In this document: positions 56,625-64,000 of the stretch, one piece after another | Numbering within the stretch: position 1 is the stretch's first letter | Layout: the number at the start of each line of letters is the position of its first letter | Assembly (NCBI GenBank): GCA_963707635.1 | Contig: OY970173.1 | Span: 2,944,001 to 3,008,000, forward strand | Length of the DNA: 64,000 nt | DNA from: Candidatus Latescibacterota bacterium | GTDB taxonomy: Bacteria; Krumholzibacteriota; Krumholzibacteriia; WVZY01; JAKEHA01 | Direction of reading: 5' to 3' | Position numbers and translations under genes: made by a program | The notes under the pieces: model-generated | Told to the model about the DNA's origin: nothing | What the model saw: only the letters and a program-made list of their open reading frames with translations | Database searches by the model: none

Positions 56625-59600
56625 CTAGACCGAAAACGCGCACACGCTTCGGTGAACGCACGAGGCGCACACTGCGCCAGGCGTCGCCGCGAATACCCCC
56701 GAGGCAACGGTAACGTCGAGCGCCATGGCGATGCGTTCGATTCCCTCATCGACGGGGACATCCAGCATCTCAAGGCCCGTCTCGCGCAGATAGACCACGC
56801 GGCCGCGGATTGGCGGACTGATGCCGCCGCGGTGCGTAGCCCACGCGTAGGTCCGTACCTGCCACTGGTGCTCATCGCTCCGCTCGCCCACCTTGTACTC
56901 CGTGATCATAGCGCCGCCCGGAGCAACGTCGAGACGGTCGATTACACCGCGCACCAGCACGCGGTCCAACCGGACCACAAACTGGACCTCCGCGCTGGCG
57001 CCGGAGGCGGGAACGGCCACGCCGGCCGCGACGGCGTGCTTCACCAGAGTTCGTGCGGTGGCGATTGCGGTGTCGTGTTTCTTTCCAGGGTCGTGGCGAG
57101 GCAGCGAGGTCTGTATCGCAGTGTCCAGATCGTCTCCCGCCGTCACGCGCTGGAGTACGTCGTGAACGAATGCGCCGAACGTGGCGGGGTCGACGCCGCG
57201 TGGAACCGCGGAGTCACCACCCACTCCTCTGGGCGTCTCGTCGGCGATCTCGTGCCCGGTTTCCGCGTTCAGTTTGAACTGCAGCGGGCAGCGCGCGAAT
57301 GCGGCAATGTCAGCCCACGTGACAGTCGCCACGCCATCCACGGGAAACACCTCCGGCGCCACGACATTCCGATCCCGTAGCTCCGCCCACTCGCGAAGCA
57401 CCTCCTCCGCGCCGTCGTCGTTCCCTGGCAGTAGTTGCCTTGACGGTGCCCCCACCAAAGAAAGGTTCCCCGCCTCCCGAATCTCACGCGCCAGGTCCAG
57501 CTTGCGCGCGCTCTCCACCAGCTCCGTGAACAGCCACGGTCGCGTCTCGTTCTTGAGGAGCTTCCTCCCCTCGATCGACGGTGCACTCACCCACAGGTGG
57601 TCGCGGGCGCGCGTTAAGGCCACGTAGAGGACACAGCGCTCCTCCACGTCTTCCATGTGCTCCTCCCGCCGGTGGTTCTCGGCGAGTTCCTTGTGCCGGT
57701 TCCACGGCTTGCCGGTCTTCTCGCCGAAGTAGAGGCCACTCTCGCGCGACACGAGGAAACCCTCGCTGCGCGAGGTGGAATCCACCACGCCCACCACTGC
57801 GACCGCGGGAAACTCGAGCCCCTTGGCCTGGTGGACGGTCATGACGGCCACGCGGCCCTGCGGGAGGGCGGCCTCGCCGTCCTCGCGAAACTTGCGCTCG
57901 TCGAGGGAAGCGTGCAGGTGGTCGAGGAAGGTGGCCAGGTTCAGCCTACCGCGGCGCGCCAGACCGTCGGCGAGGTCGAGTAGCTCGCGCAGCAGCTCGT
58001 CCACGGCTGCGGGTTGGGTGCCGTCGCGGAGCAGCCGCGCGCGGAGCGGAGTGTTCTCGATGCTCCACACCAGAAACTCGCGGAACTCGCGCGTGCGCCA
58101 CACGCCCGCGGCCTGGTCCACCGATGCGCGCACATCGCGCATGGCGGTCGCGTCGCGTTGGTCGGTCACGCGTGCGATATTCGAGTCGTCGAGGATGCTT
58201 ATGATCTCTGACTCCGATGTCTCCCGGAACAGCTCCGTGAGCGAGGCTTCCGACACGAAGTACGGCGGCGCCTCCAGCACAGCGACGAGATCCACGGAGC
58301 GGTTGCCGGGCAGGAGCAGCGAGACCCACGCGTGCCAGCTTTCCAGGGCGCGCGCCTCCACGCGGTTGGCGCCGCCGACCACGGCAAAGGGGATGCCGCG
58401 GCGCTGAAAGATGCGCTCGATGGCGGGCATGAGATTGCTACTCGCAAAACGTCGCAGGAGCACGGCGATCTCGTGGGGGTGGAGCGACGGCTTCACGTGC
58501 TCCAGATTCCACGCGGCGGGCGCAGCGACACGCCCGAGCAGGTGGTCCACCCACGCGCCGAGCGCCTCGGCCTCCTCGTCGTGGCGCTCCTTGCCGCCGG
58601 GCGGATGGAACAGGAGCACGCTCGCCGGGCCGGCGCCGCGGTGTGCGGTGAGTGGGACGGCCGCGGCGCGCAGATCCGGCTCGCCCATCACCAGCGCGTG
58701 GGCAAGGTCGAGAATCTCCTGGTGGGAGCGGTAGTTCATCGTGAGTTCGCGCGGGCTGGGATCTGGAAACTCGCTGATGTTCTCCACGCGCGCGTCGCGC
58801 CATCGATAGATGGACTGCTTCATGTCCCCCACGACGGTGACGCGCGCGAAGTCGCCGCCGGAGAGCGCGCGGACCAGCTCGTTCTGGGCGGCACTGGTGT
58901 CCTGGAACTCGTCCACGAGGATGTGGTCGAAGGCACCCTGGTACGCCCGCGCCAGCGCGGGCATGTCGCGCAGCGCGCGCGCGGGGATGGTGATCATGTC
59001 GCTGAAGTCGAGCAAGCCGTGGCGCGCCAGCTCGTCCTCGTACTCGCGCGCGAGTGCGACCACCGTGTCCACACGCGCGATGTAGGCGGGGTGGTCGGCG
59101 GGGGTCACCATTCCGCGCAGCGCCCCCGGCTCGAGCATGATTCCGCGGCAGTGGTGCACAACTTTCATGAGGGTATCGAAGAGGGACCCGAGCTTGGTGG
59201 GCGGCGGCGGCGCGCCGCCGAAATCCGACGGCACGCCCGCCACGCGACCATTCTCGAAGCGCGCGCGCAGCACGCCCTGGATGCGCTGGAACTCCGCGAT
59301 GGACACGACGTCCACGCCGGGATCGATCCCGAGCGCGGGCGCGTTCTCCTTGATGAAGCGGTAGCCGAACTGGTGGAAGTTCATGATCCACGCGCCGGAC
59401 ATGCGCCGCGCCAGCGTGGCGTGGCGCTCGCCCACGGCGCGGCGCACGCGCTCGCGCATCTCGCCGGCCGCCTTGAGGGTGAAGGTGAGTGCGAGCAGAC
59501 GCTCGATGGGCACGCCGTCCGCCACCAGCTTGAGGTAACGCTCGACGAGCACGGTGGTCTTCCCCGTCCCCGCTCCCGCGACCACGTTGGTGGCCTCGGC

Positions 59601-59663
59601 GATGGACGCGTGGACCGCGTCGCGCTGGCCGTCGTCTAAATCGATGCTTGGCTTCTCTGACAT
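56625..59663 (-). CDS. UvrD/AddA/AdnB-like SF1 helicase with C-terminal PD-(D/E)XK nuclease
   Basis: AGAGTGKT, LTFT, ILVDEFQDT, VGDMKQSIYRWR, NYRS, TVHQAKGLEF, YVALTRA, GVIDR, EYK, CASCVHRSVC. Confidence 0.92.
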   Translation of the reverse strand: MSEKPSIDLDDGQRDAVHASIAEATNVVAGAGTGKTTVLVERYLKLVADGVPIERLLALTFTLKAAGEMRERVRRAVGERHATLARRMSGAWIMNFHQFGYRFIKENAPALGIDPGVDVVSIAEFQRIQGVLRARFENGRVAGVPSDFGGAPPPPTKLGSLFDTLMKVVHHCRGIMLEPGALRGMVTPADHPAYIARVDTVVALAREYEDELARHGLLDFSDMITIPARALRDMPALARAYQGAFDHILVDEFQDTSAAQNELVRALSGGDFARVTVVGDMKQSIYRWRDARVENISEFPDPSPRELTMNYRSHQEILDLAHALVMGEPDLRAAAVPLTAHRGAGPASVLLFHPPGGKERHDEEAEALGAWVDHLLGRVAAPAAWNLEHVKPSLHPHEIAVLLRRFASSNLMPAIERIFQRRGIPFAVVGGANRVEARALESWHAWVSLLLPGNRSVDLVAVLEAPPYFVSEASLTELFRETSESEIISILDDSNIARVTDQRDATAMRDVRASVDQAAGVWRTREFREFLVWSIENTPLRARLLRDGTQPAAVDELLRELLDLADGLARRGRLNLATFLDHLHASLDERKFREDGEAALPQGRVAVMTVHQAKGLEFPAVAVVGVVDSTSRSEGFLVSRESGLYFGEKTGKPWNRHKELAENHRREEHMEDVEERCVLYVALTRARDHLWVSAPSIEGRKLLKNETRPWLFTELVESARKLDLAREIREAGNLSLVGAPSRQLLPGNDDGAEEVLREWAELRDRNVVAPEVFPVDGVATVTWADIAAFARCPLQFKLNAETGHEIADETPRGVGGDSAVPRGVDPATFGAFVHDVLQRVTAGDDLDTAIQTSLPRHDPGKKHDTAIATARTLVKHAVAAGVAVPASGASAEVQFVVRLDRVLVRGVIDRLDVAPGGAMITEYKVGERSDEHQWQVRTYAWATHRGGISPPIRGRVVYLRETGLEMLDVPVDEGIERIAMALDVTVASGVFAATPGAVCASCVHRSVCAFSV

Positions 59664-62560
59664 ATCCTTGCGAAGTGACAGTTGGGACAGATTCCCAGGT
59701 TGGGGGTGCGCTCGTAGCGGCACCCGCCTTCTAAAATTGAGCGGTGAATTTCGACGGCGCGAGCCATCGCCCCCGCGACGGTTCCGGTGTCCACGGGGCC
59801 GTACCGGTACGGCCGCCGCGACCCCAGCGGGATGGGCGCCGGATGATGTCCCGGCGCGAGCTGGACACCGACGGCGAAGCTCTCATCGCCGGGCGGGAGC
59901 GCGTAGTACACGAAGCCGGCCGCGCCAACACCGTTGACCGCCGCCAAGGTGGTGTAGACGGGAATCTGCCAGTAGTCGGTTTCGATCTTATCGACCAGTG
60001 TGGGATGCGTGCGGGCGATGTTTCCCGAGGTCTTATAGTCGATGATCACCGATCCCAGACCCGTCACGTCGTCCATGCGGTCGATCTTCCCGCTCAGCGG
60101 CATACCTTCGACCTCGGCCTTCACGGACTCTTCCATGAAGCGTACGCGGTAGCTTCCCTCGCGTTGCGCCTCCAGCTCTGCCACGCTCACCAGCATGTCC
60201 TCGAGGTAGCGCACGGACAGGTCCCGCATCCAGGGTCCCGCATCCTTCATTGCTTCGGAGACCAGGCGCTCGGAGATCTCCCGCGTGCCGGCGCCACGCA
60301 GCGCGGCGCGCACCTCGTCGCCGCTCGATCCAGCGGGTATGATCTCGTTGAGCGCCTTGTGCACCAGGTTTCCGACGCGCAGGTAAATGGACTCGGGCTC
60401 GTCCAGCTTGAGCACCTTCCGGTAGAAGAACTGCCGCGGGCAACGCGCATAGGAACTGAGCTTCGAGGCGCTCATCGAAAACGACTCCAGCGCGGGCAAG
60501 CGTTCCGGCGGGGCGGGCGACGCCCACCATCCGGCCAGCGGGTCGAGCGCACGCAGACGCTCGGCGAGTTCCGGTGACGGCGGTGACGCCGCCACGGCGG
60601 CAGCAGCGCGGGCGCAGGGCGAGGTGGCGCGGCTGGCGGTCTCGCGCGTGAAACCCTCCTCCGGGCCCAGCACGCGCGCCGGGACCGTGGATTCGCCGGC
60701 GATCCGCGCGGGCGCCAGAATGGTGAGTGCCTCGCGCGCGCGTGTGAGCGCGGTGAGGAACAGCGCATTCTCCGCGCGCTCCACAGCCGCCTCGTCCACC
60801 CGCGCCACAATATCCGCCGCGGCGTCGGTGTCCACCTTTTCCAGCGCGCGCGCCAGCGCCGTCACGGGAATGTAGCCGTCGCGAACCGCGGCGGCCGGAA
60901 AGTGCCCTTCGGCGCAGCCGCACACGAACACGGTGTGGAACGAACGGCCCGTCGCCTCGCGCGGTGAGAGTAGCGCTACACGGCCGACGGAAGCAGGACG
61001 GTGGAGCGGCTCGCCGAGATAGGCGGCACGAAACTCGTCGAGCGACGCGCCACCTCCGGCGTTGTCCACCACTTCGGCGTAGCGCTGCCACTCCTCGATT
61101 ACGGCCGCCAGGGCAGCATGGGAGGCGGTGTCGCCGCGCGGCAGCGCAGGTGTGACACGTTCGCGCACCAGGCGCTCCAGATCGAAACCGCCGCCGCGCG
61201 GCGCGTACTCGCGCTTGAGGGCGCGGACGAGCCCGGTGACGTCGCCATATCCCTCGCAGAACCGAGGGGTGAAGGGCGACGCGGCGAGCGCGTCGGCAAA
61301 ACGGGCGTCCGCGTCCGCACCCAGCGCGCCGAAGAGCGAGCGCAAAAAGTCCGCCGCCGCGCCGTGCCCCTCTCCACCCGGGTCCAGCGGTACGCCCCAC
61401 TCGTGATACGCAATGAGGAGCGCGGAGCGGTATCGCGCCGGATTGCGCGCGATCACCGCGATATCGCGCGGCGCCACGCCGGCATCTAGCGCCGCACGCG
61501 CGCGCGTGGCGACGGCCTGCGCCTCGGCGATCTCGTCGTCTGCAATCACCAGCGTGGCCGTGCAGGCCCACGGTGGACGCACGTTCAGCGCGCCGGAGGC
61601 CCGCGCGTCCTGCAGGTTCTGAAAGAGTGGGAGATCCGCCGCGGCCGCAGTCGGACGCTCGGCACGCGACGTCTCGGCGACGAGCGAGTGTACGGTGGCG
61701 GCCAACGCAGCGTCGGTGGTTCGGGGCGTGTTCAGTTCGAAATCCACCGGCGCGTAATCGCGCGGGAACGACGTCGTGAAGAAGCGATCCGTCGTGCCAC
61801 GAAACGCAAAGCGCGCGCCGGTGGGATCGCCGAAGGCCTCCAGCGCCGTGGCACCTTGCGGTGGCACGAGGCGCGTCAGGAGGCGATACTGGCCGGGGTC
61901 GAGGTCGTGGAAGTCGTCTATCAACACCACGTCGAAGCCTGCCAACGGGGAGGAGATGCCGCCGGCGTCGAACCGCTCCGCCGCCCGCCAGGCGGCGTCG
62001 TAGAACGTCACCAGCCCGCGCTCGCCGCACACCTCGCGGTAGCGCGCGTAAGCATGAAGGACGTCGCGCGCGCGCGGGCCAGCGCCGCTGTCCGCACACG
62101 TGCGCGCAGCGTCCGGTGCGAGCCCGTGCTGTGCGAGCGCGTGGACCGCTTCCAGCAGGTCGCGCAGGAACGTGGACGAGGCCGCGATGGCGGAGAGATC
62201 GCTCGCCAGCAACGACGGCTCGCGGCGCAGCAGGCGGCCCAGCACGAGCAGCTCGTCGACGTCGCGCAGGGTGCGCAGGCGCGAGGGGTTGGCCGCGTTG
62301 AGGATGGCGGACGCGAGCAGGGCGTGGGTCGTCACCGGTTCCGGCCCGAGGCGGCCGGTGTTGGGCGGGATCACGAGCTCGACCAGGCGCTGGCGCTGTT
62401 CGTGACCGAAGGCCACAATGCCCGGCCGGCGCCCGCGCGCCTCCAGGGCGCGGAAGCGCTCTACCAGCAGCCTGGTCTTGCCGCTCCCGGGCGGGCCGAT
62501 AGCACGCAGGTGCCTCCCGGTGTGCTCGATGATGGCTCGCGCGGGGCTCTCCGGTGGCAT
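59636..62560 (-). CDS. AddB/AdnA-like degenerate helicase with C-terminal PD-(D/E)XK nuclease
   Basis: GPPGSGKT, VLIDDFHD, FGDP, TALTRARE, SASKLSSYARCP, GKIDRMD, IIDYKT, CPNCHFARIC. Confidence 0.87.
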   Translation of the reverse strand: MPPESPARAIIEHTGRHLRAIGPPGSGKTRLLVERFRALEARGRRPGIVAFGHEQRQRLVELVIPPNTGRLGPEPVTTHALLASAILNAANPSRLRTLRDVDELLVLGRLLRREPSLLASDLSAIAASSTFLRDLLEAVHALAQHGLAPDAARTCADSGAGPRARDVLHAYARYREVCGERGLVTFYDAAWRAAERFDAGGISSPLAGFDVVLIDDFHDLDPGQYRLLTRLVPPQGATALEAFGDPTGARFAFRGTTDRFFTTSFPRDYAPVDFELNTPRTTDAALAATVHSLVAETSRAERPTAAAADLPLFQNLQDARASGALNVRPPWACTATLVIADDEIAEAQAVATRARAALDAGVAPRDIAVIARNPARYRSALLIAYHEWGVPLDPGGEGHGAAADFLRSLFGALGADADARFADALAASPFTPRFCEGYGDVTGLVRALKREYAPRGGGFDLERLVRERVTPALPRGDTASHAALAAVIEEWQRYAEVVDNAGGGASLDEFRAAYLGEPLHRPASVGRVALLSPREATGRSFHTVFVCGCAEGHFPAAAVRDGYIPVTALARALEKVDTDAAADIVARVDEAAVERAENALFLTALTRAREALTILAPARIAGESTVPARVLGPEEGFTRETASRATSPCARAAAAVAASPPSPELAERLRALDPLAGWWASPAPPERLPALESFSMSASKLSSYARCPRQFFYRKVLKLDEPESIYLRVGNLVHKALNEIIPAGSSGDEVRAALRGAGTREISERLVSEAMKDAGPWMRDLSVRYLEDMLVSVAELEAQREGSYRVRFMEESVKAEVEGMPLSGKIDRMDDVTGLGSVIIDYKTSGNIARTHPTLVDKIETDYWQIPVYTTLAAVNGVGAAGFVYYALPPGDESFAVGVQLAPGHHPAPIPLGSRRPYRYGPVDTGTVAGAMARAVEIHRSILEGGCRYERTPNLGICPNCHFARICQRSQASI

Positions 62561-62571
62561 GGGTTCGTCGC

Positions 62572-63045
62572 CTACGTCGCTTCTGCCAGGCGCTTCACGC
62601 CCTCAATGGTGCGCAATGCCCTGCGTGCCATGAGACGCCGCAGGACGAGGGCGTTCAACACGCGCGTCTTCCACCCAATTGGTTCGTAGTAAGCTTCAAC
62701 GACCACATCCGTCTCGAAATCCCCATGCGGCACGAGGACGCTGTCCACGACAAAGTCCCGCAACCTCTTGCTGATCCCCCACGTGTCTTCAGGAAAAGCC
62801 GTGGCGAATCGTTCGCCTGGGACGTAGTCGACTACCTCCTCAACACAACTGCCTTTCCTACCCTCCAGTATCGTGCATCGGTACTTCACACCAGTCGCCC
62901 TCGTGCTCTGCCCTGATAGGAGATCAACCTTGCCGACCTCTGCATGGTACTTGGGAATCAGGGATATGTCGTCAACGATCGCCCAAAGCCGATCACGCGG
63001 GACCCTGATCCTCAACGACGTTCTCCACTGAAAGCGCCCTCTCAT
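62572..63045 (-). CDS. SRPBCC/polyketide cyclase-dehydrase-like protein
   Basis: IRVPRDRLWAIVDD...IPKY, EEVVDYVPGERF, C-terminal helix; 157 aa. Confidence 0.7.
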   Translation of the reverse strand: MRGRFQWRTSLRIRVPRDRLWAIVDDISLIPKYHAEVGKVDLLSGQSTRATGVKYRCTILEGRKGSCVEEVVDYVPGERFATAFPEDTWGISKRLRDFVVDSVLVPHGDFETDVVVEAYYEPIGWKTRVLNALVLRRLMARRALRTIEGVKRLAEAT

Positions 63046-63124
63046 CTCAAGAGCTCCTTCTGAATCATGAGTATCTTGCCCGCCTGATCCATCGGCGACG
63101 CGAACTGGAGTTTCGAGGGACGCA

Positions 63125-64000
63125 TCAGTCCTTCCGATGCTCTCGGAACGCCTCCAGTCTCTTCTTCAACTCCGCCTCCAGGCCCTCGCCACCCGGCTCG
63201 TAGAAACGCCGGCCGCGCAGCTCGTCGGGAAGGAACGACTGCGGCGTCGCGTCGGGATGGTCGGGCGGGTACATGTAGTCCTTGCCGTAACCGAGGTCCT
63301 TCATCAGTGGCGTGGGCGCGTTGCGGATGTGGAGCGGCACCGGGAGCGGTGGCGTCGAGTTCACCGTGTCGGCGGCGGCTCCGTAGCCGCGATAGACGGC
63401 GACGCTCTTCGGTGCGAGCGCGAGGTAGGTCACGCATTGCGCGAGTGCAAGCTTGCACTCCGGGTAACCGATGAAGTCCACCGCGTCGCGCGCGGCGATG
63501 GAAATCACGAGCGCGTTGGGGTCGGCATTGCCGACGTCCTCGGATGCAAACCGCACCAGGCGGCGCGCGATGTAGAGCGGGTCCTCACCCGCCTCGCACA
63601 TGCGCGCGAGCCAGTAGAGCGAGGCGTCGGCGTCCCCGCCCCGGAGACTCTTGTGCAGGGCCGAGATCAGGTTGAAGTGCGATTCGCCGGACTTGTCCGT
63701 CCAGACGACGCGGCGCTGCAGGGCGTCCTCCGCCAGCTTCCGCGTGAGCACGCGCGGGGGAGGCGTGCGCGCGAGCACCGAGCCCGCGTATTCGAGCGCG
63801 TTGAGCGCCACGCGCGCGTCTCCCTGCGCCAGGTCCGCGACGAACTCCAGCACGCCTTCCGCGGCGGCCAGTTCCAGGCTGCCCAGGCCGCGGTCGCGGT
63901 CGGCCAGCGCGCGCTCGAGGATCGTGACGATGCCCGCGGTTCCCAGCGGCTGCAGGACGAACACGCGCGACCTCGACAACAGGGGTCCGATCACTTCGAA
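63125..64000 (-). CDS. rarA: Replication-associated recombination protein A (5'-truncated by the window edge)
   Basis: PLLSR, GDARVALNALE, ISALHKSLRG, IARRLVRFASEDVG, APKS, VPLHIRNAPTPLMKDLGYG. Confidence 0.96.
   Translation of the reverse strand, partial: FEVIGPLLSRSRVFVLQPLGTAGIVTILERALADRDRGLGSLELAAAEGVLEFVADLAQGDARVALNALEYAGSVLARTPPPRVLTRKLAEDALQRRVVWTDKSGESHFNLISALHKSLRGGDADASLYWLARMCEAGEDPLYIARRLVRFASEDVGNADPNALVISIAARDAVDFIGYPECKLALAQCVTYLALAPKSVAVYRGYGAAADTVNSTPPLPVPLHIRNAPTPLMKDLGYGKDYMYPPDHPDATPQSFLPDELRGRRFYEPGGEGLEAELKKRLEAFREHRKD

Noticed and set aside
56625..62560. Helicase-nuclease pair as an anti-phage system or Cas4-linked locus
   Set aside because: The architecture and rarA linkage fit housekeeping double-strand-break resection. 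No defence or CRISPR genes are nearby.

Overview
A high-GC, gene-dense bacterial chromosome segment. Several features suggest an FCB-superphylum organism, possibly Krumholzibacteriota/Latescibacterota-like (inference): a Bat operon, a T9SS-type C-terminal domain, a short ATP synthase epsilon subunit and a C-terminal 'TTWGKVKSLYR' motif. In order, the window holds: the end of the F1 ATP synthase operon (atpA partial, atpG, atpD, atpC); an orphan GAF-PAS histidine kinase; a GT-C glycosyltransferase-TPR protein, Ppx/GppA and RluA; an ABC-2 exporter operon with a frameshifted ATPase and arcA-arcC inserted in it; an M28 peptidase and a patatin; a DUF4136 lipoprotein/beta-barrel cluster; a DASS transporter, AlkA and a LeuA-family synthase; an oppABC-like operon, mutM, a TIGR03960-like radical SAM protein and class II ribonucleotide reductase; a Ser/Thr signalling island (FHA-GAF-HD-GYP, Hanks kinase, PP2C, coiled-coil-FHA, lipoproteins); a complete MoxR-DUF58-Bat operon; a T9SS-type secreted gene split by an in-frame TGA; an AddAB/AdnAB-like helicase-nuclease pair; an SRPBCC protein; and partial rarA. 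No rRNA, tRNA, CRISPR array, transposase or integrase was seen. The most notable signals are (i) a ~67-bp dispersed palindromic element in three copies with compensatory base changes, one inside an open reading frame and one in the moxR leader, (ii) the candidate C-terminal sorting motif, (iii) the kinase/phosphatase/FHA/HD-GYP island with mirrored TGGCA-N6-TGGCA sites, and (iv) the in-frame TGA. All family assignments are from motif recognition, not database searches.
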